Assembly (NCBI GenBank): GCA_965153455.1
Contig: OZ234493.1
Span: 25,410,213 to 25,474,212 of the forward strand
From: Sphagnum compactum
Taxonomy: Eukaryota
DNA length: 64,000 nucleotides
Direction: 5' to 3'
Shown here: positions 13,101-27,077 of the stretch, in pieces
Layout: each line of letters opens with the position of its first letter
How positions within the stretch are numbered: the stretch's first letter is position 1
Program-made: the position numbers and the translations under genes
Notes under the pieces: model-generated
What the model saw: the letters and a program-made list of their open reading frames with translations, nothing else
Told to the model about the DNA's origin: nothing
Databases searched by the model: none

Positions 13101-14356
13101 AATGGGTCAATAGCAAAATGGTCACACATGATAATCAGCACAAAATGTATGATATAATTCACATCCATGAAAATCACAAAATCCTGCAGCACCCATTCCC
13201 AGTTTTCAATTGACAAAAAGGGTAGTAGTCTTTCTTTACATGAAGCACAGTCCCAGAATTGCAATTCTTCAGGGGCAAAGCTCTCTGTGCTGGATGATTG
13301 AAATCAGCAAACTCTCCAAGGTTGATGAGTGCCTCACCAAGTATCCCAGCACGTGATGAACCCTGCTTGCATGGACAGAGAGAGAATTATCAGACCAAAC
13401 CCAACATTTGACCAACAGTTGAAAACAAAAGTTTGCAGATGCACAGGGCACCTTGGGGTGTTTTTGTTTTGAGAGTTCACTATGACAGAAGAAGGAGAAA
13501 GAAGAATACCGAAGAAACAACAAGCTTGTAGAATTTTTCTTCGTATTCATTGGTCGTCTGATTCAACTGCAGCCGTGTTGATTCCACAATCGGATCCTGC
13601 CATTGACAATTGCCATTCTTCACCACCGCTCTTGCTGTCTTGGCAACAGCCTTCCGAGTCTCCAAAGACACCACAGATATCACCAGCTTCTCCCAACCTT
13701 GCAATGGCACCTAGTAAAACAACAAGACCCAAAAATCTGCAATCTCAGTCACAACATAACAGTTGACGAAACCATAGCTGATGAAAGACTATCGATTGTG
13801 AGACTGAGAAGATCATGGCCAGAATGTCCCCCAAAATGTACATGATTTTTTATTTTATTTTTGGGCATGTCTGCTTTCAAACTTTAGATCTTGCAATACA
13901 TGTGTGAATTCTTGTGAAACCCTAGATGAACCATGGTTTGGGCCACAATGATGAGATTTGACTGACTCTTCTGCGATGAGTTTGAGGCAGATTCGCATGA
14001 AGAATTAGAGGATCTTTCGGGTCCAAAAAATTCATCTGCCTCAGATTTTGCACACAAGAATTGGAGGATTTTGCACTTCCCAAAATCATCTGTGCATCCA
14101 TCTAGAGCTCTACAGGTGCATTCCTAGTGCAAGCAAACCAGGCTCACTGCTCTAACAGACAGACACATCCCATATGAACATTCTAGAGTGCACAATCTGA
14201 ACCAAAAATAGTCATGCACCCACCAAAGAAGAGAAGCTCAAAGAAAAACTGACTGACAGACACACATACATAACATACCCTTGTTGCATGAAATTTGAGT
14301 TTGAAATCTATGGCTTCCTTTGCCTTCTCTGGCTTCTTCTTCAGTGATTTGAACAT
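7131..14356 (-). CDS. NT-type C2 (EEIG1/EHBP1-N) domain plus long coiled-coil protein ('myosin heavy chain-related' plant family), 14 exons
   Basis: Phase-consistent GT-AG exons: 14356-14279, 13710-13510, 13362-13240, 12742-12705, 12424-12292, 12150-11531, 11373-10744, 10556-10320, 10212-9009, 8839-8600, 8465-8310, 8022-7912, 7659-7517, 7350-7131. The N-terminus (FKLKFHATRVPLQGWEKLVISVV..NGNCQWQDPIVES..EKFYKLVVSSGSSRAGILGEALINL) is NT-C2. The C-terminus LEAELRDMQDRYSSMSLRFAEVEAQREELVM is the family signature. Confidence 0.9.
9240..9765 (-). repeat. Five 105-bp (35 aa) coding tandem repeats in exon 9
   Basis: The QLTG/HLRG anchor recurs at 9738, 9633, 9528, 9423 and 9318 (spacing 105 nt). Unit ~QVEQLTGDVSSHVEAKEGLQKGVVDLEESLQRALE. 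Confidence 0.9.
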
Positions 14357-15117
14357 CTTTCAAAGGCTTGAAGAAATCCCTGACAAATGCTTGATTGCTC
14401 CAAAACTTGCCCTCCTTTCACCACCCTCTTTACTTCCACACCTTCCCCAAATTTCTTCAAACCCTAGATAGTTAGTTCGTCAAATCCTTCTTCATCACAC
14501 CACCACTTTCAAAGCAGCATTCGGGTCTCTGTGAAAAAGACTCACTCCAGATTCTGCTCCAACACTCACCCTTCCACCCACGCACCCACCCACCACCTAG
14601 CGCTTCACTCTTTCTTCCTCCTTTGTTTTTTAAATTCCAACCACAACCCATTTCTGCTCTCCACCTGTATTTTCTGAGTCTTCATCAAATCAAAGTTTTT
14701 CCCAAGAGGGAGGAGGAGGTCATCATCATCATCTTAATCCCCCTAATAAAAACAACAGCAACAACTACAGCTCCTCCACACTTCCCTTCCTTTTCCCCTC
14801 TCTCCCCCCATCATCATCACCATCATCATCATCGTGGAGACAAAACCCAAACAAAACAAAATCCATACATTTTGATGAGGAGGAGAAGCATGATTTGAAC
14901 AAACTAGACTTTACTGACAAGGGCATCAAATCAAAATCATTGATTCTCTGAGAGAGAGAGAGAGAGAGAGACTCAGGCTACAACTACTCTATTGATCAAG
15001 AGTGAACGATTCTTGAGAGAAGAAGAAGAAAGTGAGAAGAAGCAAAAAAAAAAAGTCTGAGAAAAAAGAACCAACAACAACAACAACAACATCATCATCT
15101 TCTTCTTATTCTCTAGG

Positions 15118-15942
15118 TGTTGGTACTTCTAACTCTTGCTCCCCTAATCAAACTTCCTAATTACCAAAAAGGCATGTGTCATCATCCTCATGATAATCAT
15201 GCTCACCTTATTTTTCTTCTTCTTCTTCTTCTTTCTTTACTGGCTCTGCCCTTCTGGGTAGCCTAGAGACTAGATAGTAGAGACATTGTGATGCACACCC
15301 ACAAGGAGGCCAAAGGTTTGGTATACCTACATTCTAGGGTCATGTGGAGTCCACCATAGAAACTTTTGAGGCTTCATTTGAAGGATCCACTAGGGCTTCA
15401 CCATGCCAGGCTAGGCTAGGCTACCCACCATGTGTTTCCAAGTTAGTATGTTGAACATTTATCATCATTATGGATGTCATTCAAAGGACAGATGCATTAT
15501 GTGAGGAGCCTCATGTTGGGTTTGCTTCTAGCTCTTGCTCCCTGCTAATCAAACTTCCTTGTTACTAACAAGGCATGCATCATCAAGATGATCATGATGA
15601 TGTTTTTCTTCTCTCTTGGGTTTTGCTTCTAAGTCTTGCCCCCCAATCAAACTTCATTATTCCCAAAAAAAAATTGCTTGCAACAACAACAACAACACCA
15701 TCATCTTCTTCTTCTTTTTTCTTAGGTTTGCTTCTTCTCTTGCTCCTTAATCAAATTTCCTTGTTACTAGAAAAGCATGTAACATCACCATCTTTTTCTT
15801 TGTTGGGTTTGCTTCTAACTCTTGATCCATTAGGGAACTTTGTTTGATTACCAAAAAGGCAAAAAGCAATAACATCACCTCCATCACCATCATCACCATC
15901 ATCTTCATGTTGTTGGGTGTGCTTGTAATCAAACTTCCTTTA
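15118..15942. repeat. Five to six dispersed copies of a ~40-60 bp motif upstream of the NT-C2 gene
   Basis: cttctaactcttgctccc-taatcaaacttcct at about 15126, 15525, 15626, 15731, 15812, with a partial copy at 15927. Confidence 0.75.
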
Positions 15943-18900
15943 TTGGTAATCCCTAAAAATTTAATAATAAATAAAATAAAGCCTGCAACAACTACCTAGT
16001 ACCAAACTTTTTATGCTTGGAGTTGGTTTTTTTCTTTCTTTCTTTCTTTATTTATTTTTCTCTTGGACCTACCCATTTTTCCCAAAACATTCCTGGATTC
16101 AAGGAATCTCCAAAATGGCTACATGGAGGGGTTGCAATTCACACACATGTCTGTTTACATCTTTTTCAGGGAAGTCTAAGGGGGACCCAAATTAGGTATG
16201 AGCTTTTTTGAGGGGACCCAAATTAGGGCTTTTTTTAGGGGAGAGGGGCCCAGATTATGAGCTTTTTTTAAGGTCTATTATTACAAGTTGTAAAATCCTT
16301 TGTTGAAAAGTCAGCAACAATTAGAGTGGATTATATTTATGGAAACCCTATTTTTAAGTACTTGTTTAGGCAACATCTTTTGTGAAGGAATGTTGACTTG
16401 AATTTGGAACCAATGTGTCTAGGAACTAGCTGCATTGTCTAGTATGTATTTGGATGATTTTTTTTTGCATTCAAATTACCTCAACCATTCCTTCAACAAT
16501 TATGTTTGAACCTACCATAAAGGGCAATGCAAAGAGAAAAGTACAATGTAATCTTCATCATCAACCAACAACATCATTCCTATGTGGTGGGAAACTTGTG
16601 TTACTTATAAGATTAGTATTTGTTGAGCATTGGGTTGTTTAGGGTTGTCATCAAGGTGGGGGGTCAAAGTGCAACTCATATTCATGTCATTCATGATGGG
16701 CTCTTATTATTGTTCCAAAGCTTTAAAAATAGGCTTCATTTCCATTCAATTATATTGCATACATAGCCTATTGTTGGACTCTTGTTGGACATTTACCACA
16801 CACCACCTACTCTACATACTCTTGGTGAACCCAAAAGAAGGAGCTCTTACAAATTGCTTATAGCTATCTCCAAAAGATGTCTCTAACTACAACTAAGTCT
16901 CTATTGTAGAGAAAACACATTCTTCCATGTAAATATCATGTGACTTATTCAATGGCTTTTAAAAGTTGAGGTCAATGGATGTGGGAACCCTTTGTGGCCT
17001 CTACCCATAAGCAAGAGACTAAACATTGGTGTAGGATTTGGGCATAAAATTTGGCTCTAACCTTTACTCAATGTGTAACTAACATATGGAGTATTATGTG
17101 TGCATATGATGCATGGGCAATGGGCATGTTCCATAAAAATGCATGCATATGAATGACAAGTTTTAGATCCAATAAGGGGAAGTACTTAGTTTTAAGTCTG
17201 AACTCATGTTGGGATGTTCCTCGGTTTGGAGTGTTAAACTTAAAAGGTTTAAATTTTTGTCACATGGACTTAAATTGGGACCCTTTTAGTGGAATTGGCA
17301 CAAAGAACTAAATTGTAGAATTAATTTTTTTTTTGTTAGAACTAAAACCAAAATCAAAACTTTGCAAAAAAAAAACTTGAACACAAGTTTAATTTCTTTA
17401 GGTAAACAAGCCAAAACTTTGGTAAAAATTTACATAATTACATTGAACTATATAAATAATTAATCAAATTTTTTTTAGTTGTAAAACTTTGTGTCTATAT
17501 AATCCTCAATTTTAATTTGTTGTAAATATCTATATACAATTTTCAACCTTTGAAAGTGTGTAGCACATACATACATATATCCAGACCTGATTTTCAAATT
17601 AAGCTTAAAAATTCTTGAATTTGAAAAAAAGATTTCCAAAATAAAAAATTACAAAATTTAAAATTTTGAAGAACCAAGCTCAAACCCACACCAAAAAACA
17701 CTTACCCCACATAATAATCATAATAATAATAATAATAAAATAAATCAATGTCAAAACCACGACCATAGGTTCTATCAAAACGAAGAACCAGCCAACACGG
17801 GTTTCAACTTTGAGCCTCCCATAGAGGGCGGAGTCACTACACAATGAGCTGCTAAAGGCCCTTGCCCAAGGTTGAATTTGAAGGAAGGAAAAAAGGAAGG
17901 CATCTTTAGTGCAATTGTGTTTGCTCTATTTGACATTTTTAATGGCCAATTGACAAAATTTTGTAGTAGATTCAATCATGAACTACACAATATATAATGA
18001 GAGATTCAATTATTGGATCTCCATGTTGGCCTATGTAAGAATGGCATGAGTGTGCTAGGTCTTTCAATTCAAATCCACCTTCCAATATATTGATCAATCC
18101 AAAAATAATAATTGGTCTCAAGTGCAATGGTCCATAAGATGAATATCTATGATTAATTTTTGGAATGAGATAGTTGGGTTTTTTAATCACTTCACATGGT
18201 GCCCACCCAAGAATTTCAAGGATAAATAAAACCATAGTCATAGTTTCACGTAATAGTAGAGCCTATTTTGATGGTCCAAAGAGGCATAGGGACCAAAGAC
18301 CTCTTTGTGAAGCTTTAAACTCAACTACTTTGGATTGTCAAACATGGTGGTCATTCAAGGATTCATATATACCATACCCACCGCACATGTTAACATGACA
18401 CCCAATGTTGAAATGATTTAAAAGATCAAAAGAAATGCAATTTGGCAAACTTGAAGGTCAAATTCACACATCATTTGTTTTTGTTTTCCAAATGTCATGG
18501 AATTAGTTAATGACTTGTGTCCGTGGGAGAGTGAAAAAAGAAGGAGATTTTTTAAAAAATTTAATGGGAGAAAAATAATTTTATTTTTCACAATTACATC
18601 AATACATTTTATATTGAGGGTTACATTTTGAGTTTGAATATTGTTATACAATCATCTTCTATTTGTAAGATTGTTTTTTGCTACGATTTGTAAAGGTTGT
18701 TCACTTTTCCTCTTTTTTTTGTGAAAATAATGGAAATATATGTTGATTAGCAAAAGCCTTTAGTTAGCATATTAAATTTTCTATATGTCTTTTGAAACTT
18801 ATTAAAATGCTTACATGATGCAGTTTTAGTTTTGTAATTTAATTATGTGATTCTACACATATGTTGGTCATTTTAGCAACTAATTGTTTTACCTTGTAAA

Positions 18901-21159
18901 ATTGACAAGGTTTGGCACCCAATGAAAATCTCTTAGCAATCTTACTTGCTCTTATTTATATGGAAGGACCATTATAACATTCATTTAGCCTACTACAATT
19001 GCCATTGTGTTTTAGATCTATACCCTAGATACCCAAAGGACAATCACCAATGGCCCCTCATCAAGGCACAATGGTGACTAGTTAAAGCTTAAACTTAAGG
19101 CCCTAGAGTGGCCTAGTAAGCAATTAAATAGTATATATTTTGCCACCTACTACTTCATTCATTCATTATGTTTTGCCAAAAAAAATTGCTTGAAAAAACA
19201 TGTAAATATAAATGGGAATTATTATATTGAAGATTCTTCACATTCTTCAAGGGTTGGACCCCACATCACATCATGGGGTGTCTTCTTACAATTTATGTCG
19301 GGTTGTTAATTTTTTGTGATTTTTCTCTCGTTGTTGTTGGTTGCACGTATTGCAACTTTCGTGTTCATAGTTTGTGGAAAGGTTGAGTAATGCAAAAGAC
19401 CTTGAACTTCATCTCGTTCTCAAACACATAACAAAATGGTGGGGGGGCTTTAATTGTGTCACAATAAATAGTCAAATTTCAAGATTATTTTGGAACAAGA
19501 AAGGTTATTAATGTTGCGGATTAAACCCTAATTGGGACTTGATAACCCTAATTAACCCTAATTACACATTGATATGAATGATGAGCAAAAACTCTATTGT
19601 ACTCTCTCCATTGTGCTCTTATAAAAGACATTTCAAGAAGAAAATTTGGAGTTTGGAAACCATGTGAAATGAGCAACTCATATGGGTACTTCCTTTGTTT
19701 TAGGCACTAATCAATTAGTTTTTGGAATTATTGAAAATTCTGAAAAATATTTCGATGCCATGCTAAAAATCTGGAAGAAACTCTCAACCACACTAGCTTC
19801 ATTTTTTTAGTATCATGTCAAATTGTAAAATATTATTATTTTAATTGCCAAATGTAAATGGCAAAGTTATTATTATTATTATTATTATTATTATAGGCTA
19901 GGTACTAGGTATATCCCATATTTTCTCCTCATCCTTGGTATTTATTTTTTTTGCCTTTTCCACAAAACAAGCCAAGCACACACTGCTTGTCCCAAACCCT
20001 AAAAACCCGAACAAATGCCCCGGTACTAATTGGCAACTTTGACCCTACTAATTGGATTATTTGTAGAAATTTTGGAAATTTTCAAAAAATTAATATTTTT
20101 TCACACAAAAATAAATAAAAATTAGTGAAGGAAATTAAAGATTCCCACCCTACACAGGGAATCTTCTTTAGGGAATATTCTTTTTGGACATGGAATCTTC
20201 AAATTTACTAATTATTTATTTATGTGAAGCTGGCCTCTGTACTAGGGTATGCAATATATTAAGTGATGATTTTGAGTGTGGCATGTGAGAAGAACCAGTT
20301 CTGACTCCTGACTTCCACCCAACAACTTCCATCAGCTTTTCTTCACAAATAATATTCAAAAACTAAAAAATAATAATAAATAATTTTTTAAAAAAATAAA
20401 AAAAACAGGTAGTTTACAAAGATTTTTGCATTAGAAGTTAACCTGGAAAATTATATTATTAAAGGCAATTAATCCCAAGAGGAAGTGAAAGTACAAAAGA
20501 AGAGGGACCTAAGTCGACGTATAAAGCATTGTATAAGAACTTATATACGATATTCATAACATGTTCCCTTTGTCGATTAGAATGATTTTGAGATGGATGT
20601 ATAAGTGTGTATTATGAAACCAACAACGCACCTCGTTGCGATAGTTGTGAGGAAAGGATGAGATGTGAAAAACATCCAAAAGCAATAAGCATTGTGTCGC
20701 ACTCGGGCCTTGCCCATTTACATTTTAAAAGTATCTTAAGGCAAATAGAAGACTTATTATGGATATTTAAATATTTCACAATGCAAAAGTACAATCTTCC
20801 CAAAAAAAATAAAAAAATCCTCTAAAAGAAACCAAAATCCTTCGAGATATCAACACTCTATAACTAATCTCAAGTTTCAACACAAGCCAAAATATCATCT
20901 TTCAAAAATGCTCGAATGAAAATAGGTTTACTACGTAGGGGCAAAATCCCCGAAGCTACTCTACTCTATAATGAATCTAAACACAATATCCTTGCCTACC
21001 AAGGCAAGGCCGATAAATTCATGTATAGGGCTCAAACACTCTTAACTATCAAGTCCACTTTCCCACCTAAGAATGCACCAAGCCTCATAAGGTGAACTGC
21101 TATTCCATTAGATGGTAACGGGTTATGCCAAGGCGTCTTTCAGAGTGTAATTGGTTTTT

Positions 21160-21241
21160 CCTCCATCGTTGATTCACATCTCAATCATGTTCTCCATCGT
21201 TGATTCACATCTCAATCATGTTCTCCATCATTGATTCACAT
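21160..21241. repeat. Tandem repeat, ~2.5 x 31 bp
   Basis: ctccatcgttgattcacatctcaatcatgtt repeated. Confidence 0.85.
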
Positions 21242-24029
21242 TACAAGTGAAATTGATGACACCAAAAGTTTCATCTAGTTCAAAGGCTTGCAAGAATGTG
21301 TGAATAGGACACACCCAAACGGGGTTTTTACATACTATGGAATGGGGTTTGTGAGTGAATGGATGAGTGGACTTGCAATGCATATCAAATTGAGATAAAG
21401 AATGGGTCAAAGTTGGAGAGCACAATAATTTCACACAAATTGGGTTGCCAAGTCTTTTAGATTTGTGTTTTCCAATAAGAATATAAGACCTGATGATGGT
21501 TGTTTTATTATGGGAAATCCACTTTTGAGTACCACCTATAAGAAGGGTGAGGAACCAACCCATTCATTTTGGAAATGAAATTAGGTTTTCTTGTGTTCTT
21601 GGGAGGGGTGCAATTATGTTGATATCCAAAAATATCATGTACCTACACCACCACTAAAGTTTGACATACCAAGTTCCAACCCATCATTCAAGTAGTAAAC
21701 CCTAAACCCTAAACCCAACCCAAAAGTCAATCTTATGGTTATCAATAAAAAGCCCTTTGATGAGTTATCAATTAAACAACATTTTTGACCTTTTCCCACC
21801 CATCAGCTAAGTTTCTTCACTCAAGTTATGTTAATGGCCATTGGCCAAGACCTAGCCTAGATCAGGGCCAATCGCCCGTTGCGGCGAGTGAGTGGCCATT
21901 ACCACAATGGCCATTACCTAATACATAAAAAATGCCACATCAGCCAACTTTTTTTCAAAAAGCTCAACTATGTGTCACCATGTCACAAAAGTGTTACCCA
22001 TGTCATATGGCACCCTAAAACCCTAAACCCTAAACCCTGAAATTCCCCCTTCCCCATTTAAAATTGGTACTAGTGTGTGTGTGGCCTGTGCTCTCAGCCT
22101 CTCAAGTAGTGTGAACTCTAAAAAAAATTTAGTTATTTTTGTTGAAATTTGCTTGAATTTTTAATGACAATAAAAATTTATGAAATCGCCTAGTGACTCT
22201 CAATTTCCCTTGCATTTTTAGTTTTTTATTTTATTAAATTGTCATTGATAAAATTATTCAATCGTGAAATAACTCTCGCAACCACAATTTCAGAAATAAC
22301 TATTTCATTTTCAAGTCTAACTATTTCTCTTTTTTTCTTTCATAAATTATTTTTCTTTCTTACTAACTTTCTTAATAACTATTTCTCACTTTTCTTAATA
22401 ACTAACTCCATTATATAAGTATCTCACTCTTTTTCCCTATACGTCACCATGGATGTGGAAAAATAAATAAAAAATTAACGTGTTTTCATGTCTATGAAAT
22501 GTATATTAATTTAAATTTAACATTGACATAAATAATGATGAATTATTGAAAATCATTTTTAAAAATAAATAATAATAATTGATCGTCATTGGTAATGCAC
22601 AGCAACCGTGAAGCTCAAAAATAGTTAAGTAAGACATAATGGTTGAATGGAAAGATCGGTGTTGGGTGGGAATATTTGAGTTTTTTATATAACCGTCGGT
22701 TATGGGTTTTTGAAAGAAATCGATTCAAGGGATCGCCGGCCATGTTTTTTAAAGGCTTGTGGGCCAGGTATGAGCCGGGTATCAGGGTTTGGTTGTTTGT
22801 GAACCCACCCAGCTCTATGTCTTTGTTCTTCAATGAAACCCGCTCAAATAACCTCCGGGTATTTGGCCCAATGCTGGACGGGTATTTGACTTTTGAAGTT
22901 AAAAACCCAAGTCTGGGCATCTGAACCGTGAAGTTAGAAACCAGACAAGAACCACCCTTTTCAGGCCGTAAGTTAAAGAACCGCCTAGTTTGAGGTGTGA
23001 AAACTAGTTTTGGGCAGGTGTGAAATGGGGGTAGGTTTTTGAGATTTTGAGGATTTTCCAACTCGTAAGGTGTATTCACACTTGGTGTTAATGACTCTAG
23101 TATTAAGTCCCCTAAAACCAAGGTAGTCGTTTAGAACCTAAACCCATTTACCATGAAAATTTTATGTTAAGTTAACATTCACTTAATGTTAAATAATCAC
23201 TCATTTAACATTGTGGGTGCCACCTAAGATGCCACCTAGATTTTCAATTATCACTGACTTAACATTAGGTGTGAATGCATTTATATATATAGATACATGT
23301 ATATATATATATATATATATGGTTTGATAGGTATTGTGGGTTTGGTGCAAAATTTAATACCCGTTCAATGCTTGTAAAGATTAGGTACTTACAAGTGTTG
23401 GTAGGATCAGGTCCAAGTTATAGGTTAGGCTCTACGATCTCTTAATTGGATTTTCAAAATTTAATTGGAACCTCATTGAAATTTAACTTTTTTCAAAATT
23501 GAATTAGAACGTAAACCATGAGTGTTGCTTTGTTATATGTTTTAAACTAGTTTAAGTTCTTTATGTTCTTTATGTAGATATATACAACTTTATGAAAATT
23601 TTATAAGATTGGCCTTACATTTTAAGCAAGTTATTGCATTTCATTATATGTATATACTTGATATAACATAATCTTTATTTTGGACTATGTATACTAAGGT
23701 TCATTCATATTTATAAATAATGTTGAAGTTAAAAGAAAAGTTACATATCACTATTCAAACTTACTAGAATCAATATGTACATAGATGACCTTGCTAATGA
23801 CATGGCAACATTATCACTACATGTTAGGAAATGAAAAAAATGACTAAAGATAGTGGATAGTTAAAATGGGATAACTGACGATTAAGATATTTAAAAAGAA
23901 TAGACAAAATAAAATTAACCAACCTAGTCGAAAACAAAATAAATAATGATTATCTTAATTGGTTACCTACTGAATTAGATATCGAAGAAATTATAATGAA
24001 AAACACATTCAAAAACAACAAGAATTCAC

Positions 24030-24195
24030 AAGATGCATGAAGACAAATGGAATTGCATGAATGGTGATTACAAGAGGATTTATGATTACCACAAAAGCAT
24101 TGGCCATGACACATCTTATTAGGACTTGACCATGGAAGAATGAAAAAAATTATATTTGCCAAAACAATATAATAAGGATTGTTATAATGCATATG
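24030..24195 (+). pseudogene. Decayed Myb/SANT-like (trihelix or PIF/Harbinger ORF-type) fragment
   Basis: Translates as DKWNCMNGDYKRIYDYHKSIGHDTSY*DLTMEE*KKLYLPKQYNKDCYNA. This matches the CxDKWxxLxxDYKKIxDY..SYWxLxxEER..LP pattern and has in-frame stops. Confidence 0.55.
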
Positions 24196-24522
24196 AAGGA
24201 CTTACATATGAATATGCACCAAGAGATGGTGTTTACATACAATGGAACAAAGAATAGGAAATTTTTTTAATAAAATTAATCGTTCTTTCATGTAAAAGAT
24301 ATTTGAAGAAAATGTTTTTGAAGATAGTTATAATGCTTAACAGTTTAACCTATGCATCAATCATGGAACAAATATATAAAAAGTGATCAATATGAATGAT
24401 TTTTCATAGTATTCCGGACCCAATAATCCTCAATGTCTTGCAACCATCAACCTTCATGATTTTTCAAATTTCACAACACCTATGAAAAGTAGCAAACATC
24501 CAACACTAACCCTATTAATAAC

Positions 24523-26674
24523 CTTGTTATGGGGATTCAATATGTAATATAATATAAGATGATAAACTTTTGTGAGGAATCATTTCTTTGAAAACCTTAA
24601 CCATTTAATCGTTGAGGACTTTTGAATGGTCAAAATTTGAACATATTTTTACAAGTCTATATGAGTTGCAATTTTTGTTTGTTTTTCAATTTTTTTGCCC
24701 AAAACATATTTTTTGAAAGTTTTACATGGGGCATTATTCATATGGACTTTGTAGGTTTTCCTTTTAGGATTTCTAAATTAAAAATGACATCAATTACATT
24801 AAATATAAGTTTTATCATAGATTTGGAAAGGTTTTTAAATGATTGAACATATATTATTTGAAAATTAAAATAATAACATTTTAAAAATAATAACCATGTC
24901 CATTTGAATCATTAAAAAAAATCTTGTATGGACTCATAGGGAGTGTAATTTCTACCTATATTGACCCATTGTACCATGCATCAACCCTTATAGGAAAAGT
25001 AACCAATAGCAAACACACCTTTGGGCTTTTATATGTGTATTTGTGTGCACAACATGGCCACACAAATCTTTATAATTCCTTATCCTTAACCATTATATTT
25101 AATTTCTAAACACCTCATTAACAGTGAAAATGAATTCCTGTAGGACCATGTTGAGCAAAAGATCTATTAATTACAAACATATTGTTGAATTGAAAATAAT
25201 CAACTCCATATGTAAGTTTGTAGAATGAAATTGCAATTATGATGCCAACAATAATAACAAATCAGTATTTTTTGTCATTTTTTCAATCGAAGGTATCAAC
25301 TTTTCCATCAATTGCACAACATTTTTGGTCATTCAAAAATGTTCAATCCATCTTTGATTATCATGTTGCATCATGAGAAAATTTGAATACCACATAATTT
25401 TTTTAATTTCATTTAATCATTAAGGTGAATGCACGGTACAGTGGCTCAAAAATTACAAAAAATACATTCTCTGTAAGTCCATATAAGATTATTTTAAATG
25501 ATTCAAATGGACATGGTTCTTACTTTAAAATATTAGTATTTTAATATTTGATAATACATGTTCATTCACTTACAAACCTTCCCAAATCTATGTGAAAATT
25601 AGTGTTTAATGTAGTTGATGTCATTTTTTGATTTGGAAGTCTTAAAAGAAAAACCCATAAAATCCAAAGGAATAATGCCCCATCTAAAACTTTCCCAAAA
25701 AATGATTTTGGGTGCAAATGGGATATAATGGAGAAATAGGATTATTGGAAAAAAGGACTACATATCTTTTTTGCCAAATTTTTTTTCTTCATATGAATGA
25801 ATTTTGGAACAATTTTTTTTGCAACTTATTATCATAAACGCTTATAGTTGTCCAAGTTCATGACATGTTTTTTTCTTCATCATTTCTGATTAAGTATGAA
25901 TTTTTGAAAGTGTTTTGATTCCTTGTAAATTTAGTGTTTTGTCTTTAAAGATGATAATAATTTCAAATCATAACCATTTATTTTTTTTCATTTTTGTGTT
26001 TTCTTGTATGGTAAACTACAACTTTTCTTAACACATCATGTACATTTTACCCCATTTATGTGTGTCAAAGATCTTTTGAAGTTCTAAAACTTAGGATCAA
26101 TTTTGGAAAGTTATTTGAATTTTTAAAGTTTTACAATTCCACATAGCTTAGGGTACGAGTGTTTTTTTAATGTGATTAATAGGTATTTATCTTCTTAATT
26201 TTTATCCCATCAAATGTGATTTATTATATGAGTCTTTTTTATTGTCCTTTGCAAAATTGACTCATGTCCGACGCGTTCATGTTCACATTTAAAAGTCCTA
26301 AATCAAAACTTAAAACTTGAAATTTCATCAAATGGATTTTTGGTTTAAATTCCTTAATATTCATATGAATGGAAAAACAATAACTTGCCATGATTAACAT
26401 GGCTTTAAATGGCAAACATAAATCTTCATTAAATTTTGATTTTTTTCTTTGTGGTCTGATTTTTTTTTGGCTTGTTGGATTGATACAATGCCCTTTTAGG
26501 ACAAAAAATTTGAAAAACACATAAAAATTGCAACTCATATGGACTTATGAAAATATGGTCAAATTTTAACAAGTCAAATTTTTTTACTACTAAACGGTTA
26601 AGGTTTTCAAATATAAGACTTTTCATATGAATTCATCATTTTGTATTACATTATATATTCAGTCGCAATAATAA
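24523..26674. mobile_element. Foldback/long-TIR non-autonomous element (Mutator-like), with one arm interrupted
   Basis: 24700-24950 is the reverse complement of 25461-25715, and 24523-24700 of 26495-26674. AT-rich, no ORF, no clear target-site duplication. Confidence 0.7.
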
Positions 26675-27077
26675 ATTTGGAATGTGAATCAATATAATTT
26701 TTTTCATTTTGTGACGTTCTAGTTAGACGACTAGTCCATATTTTTCAACTTCAAAAGTCCATTACTATTAACAAACTAAGTTTTTATCAATAAATAATCA
26801 CACATTTCTTTTCATAATGAAGTTGTTAGTTTAGATCTAAGTCCCAATCAATAGATATAATGATATATTAATCACCACAAGCATTTGAATAAAAAGTACC
26901 CAAGGAAAAAACATTGTTTCATCACAAAAGTGAACCATCGTAGCTTACATTTACCCATTAACCTCCTCGATCATCAAAAGCTCAAAATTGCAAGACAATC
27001 GGAATTGATCCAACGCAATAACATTCATCATTGTTTTAAACAACAATCTATTATCACTTGCCCAATATCCAAAATTA

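Noticed and set aside
21699-22038. CCCTAAA runs as interstitial telomere
   Set aside because: Only 2-4 units each; such telo-box-sized runs are common in plant repeats
22615-23121. 168-aa ORF on the - strand
   Set aside because: No domain or splice support; lies in AACCG/CGGTT-rich sequence that looks like a MITE or TE subterminal region
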